A stretch of 64,000 nt of DNA. It comes from Centroscyllium fabricii. Taxonomy: Eukaryota. This document shows positions 37,726 to 50,880 of this stretch, in pieces. The stretch's first letter is position 1, and the number at the start of each line of letters is the position of its first letter. The notes under the pieces were generated by a model that searched no databases, was not told the DNA's origin, and saw nothing but the letters and a program-made list of their open reading frames with translations. A program made the translations under genes and the position numbers. The DNA lies in contig JBNRSN020000005.1 of the NCBI GenBank assembly GCA_051313645.2, forward strand, positions 300,080,001-300,144,000, given 5' to 3'.

Positions 37726-37956
<231 letters not shown>

Positions 37957-38021
37957 TAATGCAAAAAACCCAAGATCTCATTTGTATATTGTATTATTAT
38001 CGATAGATAATTGTATATAAG

Positions 38022-38100
38022 AGCATAAGAAGTAGGAGCAGGAGTAGGCCATACGGCCCTTCGGGCCTGCTCCACCATTCAGTAGGATCATGGCTGATCC
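38022..38100 (-). mobile_element. CR1/SINE 3' tail fragment
   Basis: cataagaagtaggagcaggagtaggccat...gatcatggctgatc. Confidence 0.8.
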
Positions 38101-39909
38101 GAACTTACGCAATTATAATTACATTTGAAAAACAATTAAGGGGTGAGTCACACCTCCAGTTGCTCCTTTTGTCATTGTAATGCCAGTTCCCCTTCTGTAA
38201 CAGAGCAGTGTTATTTCTTGGGGAATTCACTCAATGAATCAACTTTACTTCTTCAGTGATTGCATGCATTCAAAATGAGGGTCTGATTCATTTGCAGCAG
38301 AGGGCATGCAAAGTCTTACTGAGCATGTTGAATCTGATGCTGTTTCTCTTCCTTAAGAAATGGTCATCAGTGGTGTTTTAACTGATTGATAATTGGCAGG
38401 GGAAGAAAGTTGAGGCTACACAACCCAGCCCAGATGAAACTTTCTCAATTATCGGTCCTCGACGCACTGCACCTGCTCGGTAATTCCCTTGTGAAACTTC
38501 AATTCTATTGAACAATGGTGGTTATCAAGTTTGCGGGTTGCAATGACAACTAATCCTTTCTCCCTGGAGAAAGTGACCTGCAACCACACTGTTTGATTTG
38601 AATGAAGTGTTGAGGTTTTTCACCACGTAACATGATTGTCTCTTTAAAACTGCTACAAACCTTTCCTGTAGTCTCTAATTTCACAGACAATCAGGCGAAA
38701 ACCTTTGCGCAGCTTTGCTTTCACTAGGAATCTGGGACTGTTTCTGGTTTTGTTTGCTTCATGTTTTACCTTAAAGCCTTCAGCGGGCATTTTATGCTTG
38801 GTAGCTTTTGGCAGTACTACTTGTTATGGATGGCAGAAGCTTGAACAGCATTCATTATGCTAAATATGTTATGCTGTAGATGTACGGTAATGATAAAATT
38901 TGAGGCACTGTCTAACATGTTGAATTGTACTCTGCTTGTGTGAAATACATGAAACTTTGTAATAGAATGTTTATCATTTTAACAAAACAAGCTGATTCAG
39001 TTTTAACCTTTTGCTATAAATGTCTTGTACTTTGCTCCAAAGCATGTAAAGTTTTAAATTTAGTATCAATATTCATAACTGAATGCAACTGTAGTATTGG
39101 GCAAACATGTTTGCAGTATGCGCAGGGTGAAGAAATCATTAATGTAGCAGTTATTTATCTATATATTTTATTTGTATTTCCTCTTTTGTTTGTTATTTAC
39201 TGGCATTATTGGTTTTCCCACTGTAACAGCCAATAGAGCTGGAAAATGTTTATCCAAAAGGACTCTACCAGTTTCTGTAACCAGATTCTAAGAGGTGCAA
39301 GAATGTGACTAAGTCACCTTGCTCCTCACCCCTCTAATTCTTTGCATATTCTATCATTCCAGAATCTGGTGCAATGGTACACCAGTACTATATCACACCA
39401 CAATTGTACCCTGTTCTCATGGAGTCATACGGTTCCATAGCTATCAACAGCCTTCCCAGTATCTCAGCTACATGGCTGTTCTTAATGTGTGGACCTGGCT
39501 ATCCTGTCATGGAGTATCACAGCCAACCATGATAATGTTTCTCACCTGGTATCTACAGGCACTTACGTCTTAGTAGGGGCCACTAGATAGTGAACAGGAG
39601 TGGAACTTTTTCTTGCTACACTGGGGGTGCTGAGGCCAGTTGTAACACCACTGGTACTGTACCAGCTGTGGTCATCTAGCTAGGTGTGCAGCGGAGGATA
39701 TCCAGTTGTGTAAGGCACAGTATCACACTGGCAGCGCCTTTTACTCACAAAGCCAGCTGTGGAGCATTTACTCTTTTTTTTCCTTCCGGGAAAATGTTAT
39801 GAAGGATAGTATTGGTACTGTTAATAACGTTTCACTTTTTCAGTTACATTATCGTGTGTGAATCTATATGTTAATGTCTGACGCAATTGTTTCTTCACGT
39901 GTAATCCAG

Positions 39910-40112
39910 TTCCTGAAGACAAACCAAAAGGGTTGACCTCTCCTGACTATCTGGAAATAGCTATCTATTGCATTGGTGTTTTTGTTATCGCTTGTATGGT
40001 GGTGACGGTTATTATTTGCCGGATGAAGAACACAGCAAAGAAGCCAGATTTTAATGCCCAGCCACCGGTGCACAAGCTGACCAAACGCATCCCTCTGCGC
40101 AGACAGGTAACA
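39910..40112 (+). CDS. FGFR2: FGFR2 transmembrane exon (ends 40106 in the -VT form or 40112 in the +VT form)
   Basis: atccag acceptor; [39 protein letters not shown]...PLRRQ(VT); ends CAG|GTAACA|GAAAGT. Confidence 0.96.
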
Positions 40113-41104
40113 GAAAGTAGATAAAGAGTTCAAAAACCTTTACTTGACTTAGTTAGTGACCATGTTATCACAAGGCATTACCAGACTGCCAAGTCATATT
40201 TCAGAAATGATCATACAATGTGATAAATTTTCCTCCTTCACTAATGCCAACCAAAACACTGCCGATCTTTTTAAACAGACCTCTGGCTTTGCCCACATTT
40301 TTAACATCAAGCTGCTTCCCCCTCCTCACGGTTCTTATCAAATAATTAGGCTTTTTAATAGTACTTGGCAAATAATGTTCAGCAACAAAAATAGTTTCAA
40401 GTTACTACCGTGTTTCATGTAATTGTGAGAAAATACTAAAGAATGTTTTTAGTTTTGAATCAAAAACTCAAAGTTGAAGAATCTTCACTTTCTTGTTGCC
40501 CAGGTAGAGGTTTTGGATGTAATCACCTAGTACCAATTGCTGACCTGCAGCAGTGGGCACCATTCCGGTGCCTTCCCTGCATAGGAAAAGAATCTCGACC
40601 CTGGAAAATGGGTTGGGATTATGGTATTGTCGGAATGATGAGTGGAAGTCCCGTCCCGCTACCATTCCGCCCTTGTGAGGCCATTAAACCTCACCCAGCA
40701 TTAGGGAGGGGTCCTGGGATTTCGGGAGTTGCTACTCCGTGCACTTCCTTTCACACCGTCCTAACCGCTCATCTCCAGCCTCCGAATATTTACCCTCTCT
40801 CCCCCCCACCCCCACCCATGCCTAATTTTCATCGTAATCATATTTACGCCGCACTCCGAGACATTTCAGGTTCTCTTCCTCTTCCCTTTCGACCCATGGT
40901 TTGAAATTACTGCATGTTGGTGCAACATTTAGGCTCTGACCCCTCCCGAAGACCCCTGCATTGGATCAGTTGCGTGGGTGGGAGTTCTGTTTCACCAGAC
41001 TTATAGCAGCTGATGGCAAGACCCTGAATTTTTGGGCCTTTGTGGTTTAAATAAGCTAATGGTAAGATATGCAGTGCACGGGATAAAATCAACTAAAATG
41101 TTAA

Positions 41105-41480
41105 CTTGGGTCAATTGGTAGTACGGTCTCAGCTCTGAGTCAGGGATTGGGTTGAATCCCCACTCCTGGATTTAATCATATATTGTAGACCAGCTCTCCA
41201 GCACAACGCTGAGAGAGTAATTGTTGGAGGTGCCACTCTTGAATGAGATGTTAAACCAGAGATTACATCTGGCTATTCTCATGGCTCAGATGGATCTTAA
41301 ACATCCCATGATACTATTCAAGGACTGTGGAGTTCTGGCCAAAATTTCTCCTTCAACCAACATCAAAAATAGATTTGCTAGTTATTCATCTCTTTCCTGT
41401 TTGTGGGATATTGCTGTGTGCAAATTGTCTGCTGCATTTGATTTCATAACAGCAGTCATTGAGCTTCAGAATCATTTATT
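41105..41480 (+). mobile_element. Old Deu-domain SINE (SacSINE1/AmnSINE-like)
   Basis: tRNA-like head, ggaggtgcc...atgagatgttaaacc core; similar to 59935-60680. Confidence 0.6.
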
Positions 41481-42105
41481 GAAGGTTAACTTTTGTATTA
41501 AAAAAAAAAAGCACATGGGGCAGCACCTGGTGGAAACTGAGAGGGTGGGCTGTTAAAATCAGCCACGTTACTTACCTTCCCGAAATAGCCACAAGAACCC
41601 TGCCATCCAGGATTTTAACTTGCTCTTCTTTACATATGCATGTCGGATCCCGATCATGTCATCGAAACCCAGCTTCTATTTTAATCGAGACCTGAGTGGG
41701 GAAGCCACTACTGCTTTCCCACCAGACAAAGGCCAGATAAGACCTACCAGGCAGAAGAGCAGGCAGAAGAAGATAGTTTTTTTCTCTTCTTTGTGGGGCC
41801 AGAAGGAGCAGGAGTGCTGCCCCGGGCCTTGCAAGGAAAATTTAGGCCTCCTCTGCCTAGCGGTGAGCAGGCTCCAGGTCACGCGGTTTTCCACCAGCAG
41901 GATTTAAATTTGGGCCGGAAGCAAAAGTAGCCTTAGTTTCTACAGCCGTTGATGGGTTTCTCACTCTCTCCGCTACCCACCTGCCCAAACCTGCCAGGAG
42001 TTAAAATTGGGGCCATTTCTCCAGAAGGTTCAAACGAAAGTGATCAGTGTTTTCATGCAAACCAATTGGGTGCAGTCTGTAAGATGCCAGCACCCTGTTC
42101 AAAAG

Positions 42106-42177
42106 AAGGGTATAGCTCAGTGGTAGAGCATTTGACTGCAGATCAAGAGGTCCCTAGTTCAAATCCAGGTGCCCCCT
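42106..42177 (+). pseudogene. tRNA-Cys(GCA), degenerate copy
   Basis: gggtatagctcagtggtagagcatttgactgcagatcaagaggtccctagttcaaatccaggtgccccct. First two bases are AA instead of GG (acceptor-stem mispairs), there is an A-C mispair in the T stem, and no adjacent T4 terminator. Confidence 0.8.
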
Positions 42178-45100
42178 CATTACCATTTAGGCTCAAAAAC
42201 TAATAGAAGTGGATTTGCAGAAGAAGATAGTCCTTGATGTAAAACCTTGTTTTCTGTCTTTTCAAGTCTTGTTAGCTTCCACAACATATAGTTAATATGG
42301 AATACAGTTATTCTGGACATCTCCATGGCCTTCACCAACGCTGCTCTTTGGAAAGCTGAACTGTGATATGTCAGTTTTCCATCTGATCCTGTCGGCTGGG
42401 CACCTCTCTTCCAAGCTGGTGCTTTGCCTGACAGCGCGGCCAAAAGCAGCAACTCCGAGGAAGAGAGAGAAGGGAGGTATTTAGGAGCGTAATTGTAAAG
42501 ATTAGTTGAGACTAGAAATCAAACCCAGCTCTGTCATTTTGCACCAAAACTAACCATTTTGCCTGTGGGCTGCCCTCAGTCTGTCTCTTTCACGAATAAT
42601 AAAATTGTAATGATCTCGTGGGGCTGTCTTTAAGATGGTATTTTATAAATAAAGGTTTAAATAAGCGCCACACTCACTAACCTGTGAGCACTGAATGTCT
42701 TCAGTATTTTTCATAATACATACTATAAAACCTCTCAGTTTTCTTAGCTTCCTGTTAAACATTAAAATTAATCACTGGAAAATGTAATTATTGAAAATTT
42801 GCTCTGAGAATATATATTTCACTTTTGATACTGATATGGTTCTATAGTCCATAAATAGTTAAAGACTTAAACCCTACTTGCTGTACACGGTGCAACCCCA
42901 GTGACAGGATGTGATAATACCAAAGGAATTCTATGTATGCACGCATGACCCCATTCTGTCACCTCCAACTGCCAGATGTCACCCCAAATTACATATCTTT
43001 AGCCTTTCATCCAGTCTTAACAGTGTAAATTAATTGCTCTTTTTAATGTAGGCATCATTAAAGGTGCGTATTAGAATAAGTTTTTGTGAAAAGTGATTCT
43101 ATTTTATTAAGTTTGCAGAAGAAACCGCTTCAGCCTGTTCAGTGGTATTTGAGGGAGAATGTCTGTTGTCAGCAGCACCATTCATTAGTGGAAGCAATTT
43201 ACACTCGACAGTAACATTTGCTACTTTTCCTTGTCCGTTTTTCATTGCAATCTGTATCAGGCAAGGAATGTGCTGGCTTTGTTAACTGGCTTTATATGCA
43301 AGAATTACTCGAATCAAACAATACTCTTGTCAGATTTGCTTTGGAGCAATTTGCTTGAAAATTGATTTGGCAACTGTTCCATTCATCAGTTTGAGTCTTC
43401 AAGACGTTCCAGTGATGTACAGTTTTGGAGATATTTGCTTAAAAAAAAGTAATATTTGATTATCTGTAGCGCATGAAAGGGAAATATTGTACTGCCAGAA
43501 ATGTGTGGAAATTTAACTAGGCTCTCTAGATTTTGGTGCTTTTTTTTAGCAGTCTTGTGGTTTCACCAAATCTGGTGTTTTCCTGATGCTTTTTGGTTTT
43601 TTTTTAAAAAGTGAAAATTGAGGCAAAAAGGTTTCAATCATAGAAGCAGGCGATACACAATTAATCCAGGAAAGGAGCTGTGATTCAATGCAGGCATGAA
43701 CCTCTTGGACATGAGTTATTTGATGTAATTGTGTAGCTGAGAGTTCATTTTCAATTTTTTTTTAAATCAGACTGATGGACTTGTAGAGAGAGCTGCTGGT
43801 GAAAATATTTTGTTAGTATTTATCTTTGTAACTTTTCATGTATTGTTGGTGACCTGAAAATAATCACTAACTTAAATACTTTGCATTTATTGGTTAAAAT
43901 TGGGGACCCTCCACATAATGCTTGATGATGACTTAGTAATCGTATATATGAATGTGAATTCACACTGCGCATTCAGAGGGAAAAAAAACATCATGGGAGG
44001 TGAAGTTGTGGAAAAATCTGTGCCTGGACGACCCCCAGGAGTTTCAAATACCCTATTACAAACATTCACAGCATGTGTGCTCCAAGAGCTGCAATCGATG
44101 GTTTGGGTTAAAACACGTAATAGAAATTGCAACCAAATGTGCCATAGCTGGCTGTAGCACTGCCAACAGACTGGTGTAATAGAGTGTAAAAAGAAAAATA
44201 ACCAAAAATGACATAAATGTGGAATTCATACTATCCTTCTCTCCCAACAAAAGTTATTTGCCATTTCTAATTCTGTATTTAGTATGTCAGGAATAAATTT
44301 AAAAATGACGCCAATTCAATGAAGCTTGATTGCTAAAAGGATATAACTCAATGCCACGAGCAGACATATAACACCATCAAACAGTTTGGTTTCAAAGAAA
44401 TTTCAGTACCAATGGAGGCTGCTCGTCCCAGTGTGCCAGTGCTGATATCGCTTCCCCCATATATCTGTTGGGGCTGACTACTATAATGCCAGTTCCCTAC
44501 TCCTCTGACCTTTAATATCTATAAACTAGTTAATTTCATCAAGTGGCTGGAAAATTCCCTCTTAAATGGCGTGATTGACTTGACTTCAATAGCTACTTGT
44601 GGTAAAGTTTTCAAAATCCTAATAACACATTAACTTAAAATATTCCTTTCTACTTTAAGTACTAATCCTAAATTTATGAGAGAAATTCGTCCAACTAAAA
44701 GTTTGAAACCAAAACCCTTCAGGCATGCAGTAATCACTGTAGAAAATTTGGTGTTTCTTTTGGGATCTTGCCCGGTTTAATGGATGCATTTTTTGTAAGT
44801 GTGCTGACTGTGCCAGTGCAGCTGTGCGATGGCCTGGCAGGATGAGCTCTTCTGCTGGCAGGACTGTTCCGGACAGACTTTACTCCTCCAGAGATATAAA
44901 TGCTTCACGTTCACCCAGTATTTCATTTAGCAGCCAAGCCGAGAGCTGGCAAAACACACCCAGATAAAGCAAGTAGATTTGAGTGTTAGCTGAGGCTGGG
45001 ATTCAAATTCACATTCACTTTGGTAGGGGCAAGCAATTAACTGGTAAAACAGTAGAATTTTCCCATAGTGGTTTACTTAATGATGAAGTATTTTCTGGCA

Positions 45101-45281
45101 GTAAACTTAGTAACAGTTTAAATGTACCCTCAGTTGAATTGTTAGTTACATCTGTAAACTCCTAAATGCAAGGCTGCAAATTCTTCAAAAACCTGAAATT
45201 CACAATGTATTTTTCTTTACTCAACAAACAAGATGTATAGTAATCCTATTTAATTGTTAACTGGCTGATTTTATACTTCAA

Positions 45282-45971
45282 GGGGTATATTTTAACTCCC
45301 GGGCGGGAACGCGGCCTAACAAGGTCGACTCGTCCAGGAGCAGCAGCGGAGAGGTCCAGCCGATTTTAACGGCCGGGCCTCATTAACATGCCGCTGGCCA
45401 CGTTCCGACCAAAACGGCAGGACAGTCGACGGTAAGCGGCTGCCTGGCCAGTTAAAACCTTGCGGCAGGAGGCTGCCGCCAGGGACCACAAGGATCGGTT
45501 CCTGGCACTAAGGTAGGTGGTTAGTAGCGGGATCGAGAGGCGAATGCGGTCAGGGGAGGGAAGCCAGGGGCAGAGAAGGCCCAAGTTTCCTTGTGGGGCC
45601 AAGAGGACCACTCCTGCTCCTCCTTGCCCACAAAGAATCTAAAATAATATTTTAAAAGCCTACCTTGTTAGGCCTCTTCTGGCCCTGGCTCCCGTTCCCA
45701 GCAGGTTTGGCAGTGCAGGGATGCCATGAAGGCTTCTCTATGAAAGCCCGGGGTTAATATTGCAGTTGGGTCCCGATGGCATCATCGGAGCCCTATATGC
45801 TATGTAAAAAAGGATCCCACCGGCTTCAGGCGGGCGTCCTTGGTGCTTGATATTTTAAATTGCAGTCGGCAAAATCGGGCGGAATGCAAGTGGGTATGTC
45901 GCCTGCTCCATTTTAACTGCCCCTACCCCCAAGCCCATTTTCCACCGAACAATGGTGGGTAAAATTCGCCC
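45282..45971. mobile_element. Harbinger-type MITE
   Basis: Imperfect TIRs ggggtatatttta / taaaattcgccc; GC-rich body. Confidence 0.6.
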
Positions 45972-46061
45972 GTAAGTGTATTCATGTAATAAATACAGAC
46001 ACTTTATGCAGATAGTCTAGTATACAAATGTAGTTAACTGCGCTGCATCATGACATTGTAG

Positions 46062-46250
<189 letters not shown>

Positions 46251-46469
46251 TAAGTACCCACTGTGACATTTTTCCTAATTGTTTCCCCATGCTATCAAAT
46301 TCAGCAGAAGTTTAAACTTAAAAGTCCCAGATTGTTTGAGATCCAGTTCATTTTATTCAGTCACTGTATACTTAAGGGAAAATTGATATCAAGAAGACAG
46401 CTAGCAACATTGGGAGCTTGCCAAGGATGGCCCAGGCCTTAATACCCTCTTCACATCCCTTTTACCTAT

Positions 46470-48985
46470 CAAGAAAGAACTTGCATTTCTATAGTGCTTT
46501 TCATGTCCTCAGGTTGTCCCAAAGCTTTTCACAGCTAATGAATTACATTTGAAGGATAGTCACTGTTACGTTGACAAACATGGCAGCCGATTTGTGCATA
46601 GCAAGGACCCACAAACCGCAATGAGATAAGTGATCGTATTGGGTGATGTTTGGTGAGGGATAAATATTGGGCACAACACCAGGAAATTCCCCTGCTGCTC
46701 TTTGACTAGTTCCATAGGATCTTCTATATCCACCTGAGAGGGTAATCTTGTCTCGGTTTAATATCTCATGCAAAAGATGGCATATCCGACATGAGGCGCT
46801 GTGGGCCATCAGCAGAATTGTATTCAACCACAATCTGTAACCTCATGGCCCGGCATATCCCTCACTCTACCATTACCATCAAGCCGGGAGATCAACCCTG
46901 GTTTAACGAAGAGTGCAGGAGAGCATGCCGGGAACAGCACCAGGCATACCAAAAAATGAGGTGTCAACCTGGTGAGGCTACAACACAGGACTACTTGCAT
47001 GCCAAACAACAGAAGCAACATGCGATAGACAGAGCTAAGCGATCTCACAACCATCGGATCAAATCAAAGCTCTGCAATCCTGCCACAGCCAGTCATGAGT
47101 GGGGGTGGACAATTAAACAGTTAACAGGAGGAGGAGGCTCCAAAAATATCCCCATCCTCAATGATGGTGGAGCCCAGCACGTGAGTGCAAAAGACAAGGC
47201 TGAAGCATTTGCAACTATCTTCAGCCAGAAATGCCGAGTGGATGATCCATCTCGGCCTCCTCCTGAGGTCCCCAGCATCACAGATGCCAGTCTTCAGCCC
47301 ATTCAATTCACTCCACGTGATGTCAAGAAATGGCTGAAGACACTGGATACTGCAAAGGCTATGGGCCCTGACAACATTCCGGCAATAGTACTGAAGACTT
47401 GTGCTCCAAAACTAGCTGGGCCCCTAGCCAAGCTGTTCCAGTACAGCTACAACACTGGCATCTACTCAGCAATGTGGACAATTGCCCAAGTATGTCCTGT
47501 CTACAAAAAGCAGGACAAATCCAACCTGGCCAATTACCGTCCCATCAGTCTACTCTCAATCATCAGCAAAGTGATGGAAGGTGTCGTCGACAGTGCTATC
47601 AAGCGGCACTTACTCAGCAATAACCTGCTAACTGACGCCCAGTTTGGGTTCCGCCAGGGCCACTCAGCTCCTGACCTCATTACAGCCTTGGTCCAAACAT
47701 GGACAAAAGAGGCGAGGTGAGAGTGACTGCCCTTGACATCAAGGCAGCATTTGATCGAGTGTGGCATCAAGGAGCCCTGGCAAAGCTGAAGTCAATGGGA
47801 ATCAAGGGGAAAACTCTCCATTGGTTGGAATCATACCTAGCACAAAGGAAGTTGGCTGTGGTTGTTGGAGGTCATTCATCTCAACCACAGGGCATCACTG
47901 CAGGAGTTCCTCAGGGCAGTGTCCTAGGCCCAACCATCTTCAGCTGTTTCATCAATGACCTTCCCTCCATCATAAAGTCAGAAGTGGGGATGTTCGCTGA
48001 TGATTGCACACTGTTCAGCACCATTCGAGACTCGTCAGATACTGACGCAGTCCGTGTCCATATGCAGCAAGACCTGGACAACATTCAGACTTGGGCTGAC
48101 AAGTGGTAAGTAACATTCGCACCACACAAGTGCCAGGCAATGACCATCTCCAACAAGCGAGACGCTAACCATCTCCCCTTGACATTCAATGGCATTATCA
48201 TTGCTGAACCCCCCATTATCAACATCCCGGGGGGTTACCATTGATCAGAAACTGAACTGGACCAGCCATATAAATACTGTGGCTACAAGAGCAGGCCAGA
48301 GGCTGGGAATTCTGCGGCGAGTGTCTCACCTCCTGACTCCCCAAAGCCTTTCCACCATCTACAAGGCACAAGTCAGGAGTGTGATGGAATACTCTCCACT
48401 TGCCTGGATGAGTGCAGCTCCAACAACACTCAAGAAGCTCGACACCATTCAGGATAAAGCAGGCCGCTTGATTGGCACTCCATCCACCACCTTCAACATT
48501 CACTCCCTCCACCACTGGCGCACTGTGGCTGCAGTGTGTACCATCTACAAGATGCACTGCAGCAACTCGCCAAAGCTCCTTCAACAGCACCTTCCAAACC
48601 TGCGACCTCTACCACTTAGAAGGACAAGGGCAGCAGATGCATGGGAACAGCACCACCTACAAGTTCCCCTCCAAGCCACACACCATCCTGACTTGGACCT
48701 GTATCGCCGCTCCTTCACTGTCGCTGGGCCAAAATCCTGGAACTCCCTTCCTAACAACATTGTGGGTGTACCTACACCATATGGACTGCAGTGGTTCAAG
48801 AAGGTGGCTCACCACCATCTTCTCAAGGGCAATTCGGGATTGGCACCAAATGCAGGCCTAGCCAGCCAGCAACGCCCACATCCCATCAATGAATTTAAAA
48901 AAAGGTGCAGCACTCCCACGGTACATCGTTTAAGTGTCAGCCTAGGTTATACAAGTCCTGGAGTGGGGCTTGAACCCGCTGACTC
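46470..48985 (-). mobile_element. Deu-domain SINE split in two (46470-46790 and 48905-48985) by a LINE
   Basis: Tail aagaacttgcatttctatagtg, core ctcggtttaatatctcat...ccgaca; resumes gtgcagcactccc...ggggcttgaaccc after the LINE. Confidence 0.7.
46791..48903 (+). mobile_element. 5'-truncated CR1/L2-clade LINE, ORF2 with RT domain (frameshifted)
   Basis: ORFs 46791-47720, 47699-48109 and 48189 onward: KAMGPDNIP, NYRPISLLS, QFGFR, LDIKAAFDRVWH, GVPQGSVLGP, FADD; ends in an A-rich tail. Confidence 0.95.
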
Positions 48986-49246
48986 AAATTACAAATAGCT
49001 ATTTTAATTCTTCTAAATATTTCCATTGTTATGCTCACCACGGTGAGGGTAGATTGCAGAAAAATGAAACCTGTTTCTTTTTACACTCAGAAACCAGTCT
49101 GATTGCTCATATACCAGATATAACAGCAATTAGGTACAGCTCCTCCCATGTTGTATCAATAGCGTGTGTGTGTGTGCCTGAGGGCCAGCTTCAGAAGATC
49201 CCCCAGCCACCAATGTGCCAATTTGACATTTAGTTTCCCATACCAT

Positions 49247-49943
49247 GGGCCCATATTTTCCAATCCCTACGGGTGTGTACGAGCTGTGTACCCACCCGTA
49301 GGGACATCGGAAATGCCGGTTTCAGGCATGCACAGCACAAGTACTGAAAACCGCCATTTCCGATCTGTTAAGAATGCTCCTGACAGATCGGACACCTGCG
49401 CAGTGAGAGTGCCGCTTTCTGCAGAACCTCCGCCCGCTGAAAACCCTTACAATCTTTGCTTTTACGAGAATAAGAGTTGAAAAAAGTTTTTAAAATTTTC
49501 ACTCATTTATAATTTTAAAAGGCAAGTTTATTTTTAGCCCCGTAAAAGGCTTTAATTATTTTTTTCAAAAAATAAAAAATTTTGTTAAAATTACATTCAA
49601 TTAAATATTTTAAACTCGTTTTAAAAAACGCGATGGTTTTTTAAAAATGTATTTAATGTTTGTCTTTTTGGGGTGATCTCCATTCATACATTTGACGGGT
49701 CTATCTGTCAAAAATATGAAAGGGGGGTTCCCTTCCCCTATTGGCTGGCCTAGCCCGCATGATCCCAGGGATGCTTGCAAACCGCCTGCGCCCCTGGGAT
49801 ACCTGGGCCCTGCGCATTTCGAGTTTGGAGAGGCTCAGGAGCGGAAGTGTCCGAACCTCGGGAGCCCTCAGGTAAGTTCATAGATTTTTTTTTCGATAGG
49901 AGGCATCCGCATGAAGGAAACCCCCGATTGGAAATTACAGGCC
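49247..49943. mobile_element. Harbinger-type MITE with AT-rich centre
   Basis: Imperfect TIRs gggcccatattttccaatc / gattggaaattacaggcc. Confidence 0.6.
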
Positions 49944-50078
49944 AATGTGTCTTACAGCCTTTCTGAGGGAGATTGCTTAATTGGCACAGAATGAGAATCT
50001 CTCTCATTTTTGCTGTGAATTTCTGCCCACTGGGAACTGCACTGATTATTCAAACTAACTTTACTTAAAACAGCCAAT

Positions 50079-50880
50079 TAGAAACATAGAAGATAGGATC
50101 AGGAGTAGGCCATTTGGCCCCTCAAGCCTGTTCTGCCATTTAATGAGATCATAGAAACATAGAACATAGGAGCAGGAGTAGGCCATTCGGCCCCTCGAGC
50201 CTGCTCTGCCATTCAATGAGATCATGGCTGATCATCCAAACCCAGCACCCTGTCCCTGCCTGGTTCCCATATCCCTCGATCCCTATCGAGCCTGCACCAA
50301 CACATATCCCACCCTATCCCCGTAACCCCATACATTCAATCCCCCTAACACTACGGGTCAATTTATCATGGCCAATCAACCTAACCCGCACATCTTTGGA
50401 TCATAGCTGATCATCCAAATTCAGTACCCTGTCCCTGCCTTCTCCCCGTATCCCTTGATCCTTTTAGCCTTAAGAAGAGCGGGTAGTCAAAACTGCCCAA
50501 CGAATCACCGGCACCCAGCTACCGTCAATTGAAAGCATCTACCTCAAACGCTGCCTACGGAGGTCTCAACATTATTGAAGACCCCACACACCCCAGCCAC
50601 AGTCTGTTCGCCCCCCTGCCCTCCGGGAGACGCTACAGATCAATTCGCACCCGCACGACTAGATTTAAGAACAGCTTCTTCCCCAGGGCTGTCAGCCTCC
50701 TGAACTCTAAAAATAAACTCCGGTACCTGCACACCTGAAAATGTACTTTACTGTATGCAATTTGCATGTAATTTATTTGCACTACTCTCGGGAGCGTCGA
50801 GTCTTCGTCTCGTTGTATTGTACTAGTACTCTGCAATGACAATAAAAAATTGAATTGAATTGAATATATCTAACTCCTTA
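50079..50880 (-). mobile_element. CR1 3' tail with two nested insertions: truncated SINE (50155-50398) and Rex1/Babar fragment
   Basis: SINE flanked by TSD gatcatag (50147-50154, 50399-50406); CR1 text ccttaagaa|tatatctaactcctt is split by the Rex insertion. Confidence 0.8.
50477..50863 (+). mobile_element. Rex1/Babar LINE 3' fragment
   Basis: IIEDPTHPSHSLFAPLPSGRRYRSIRTRTTRFKNSFFPRAV; AATAAA plus (AATTG)n tail; a related tail lies on the minus strand at about 22655-22720. Confidence 0.85.

Noticed and set aside
46791-48998. Intact active LINE or host gene from the 309-aa and 269-aa ORFs
   Set aside because: 5'-truncated, no endonuclease or ORF1, at least two frameshifts and a premature stop; a dead copy.
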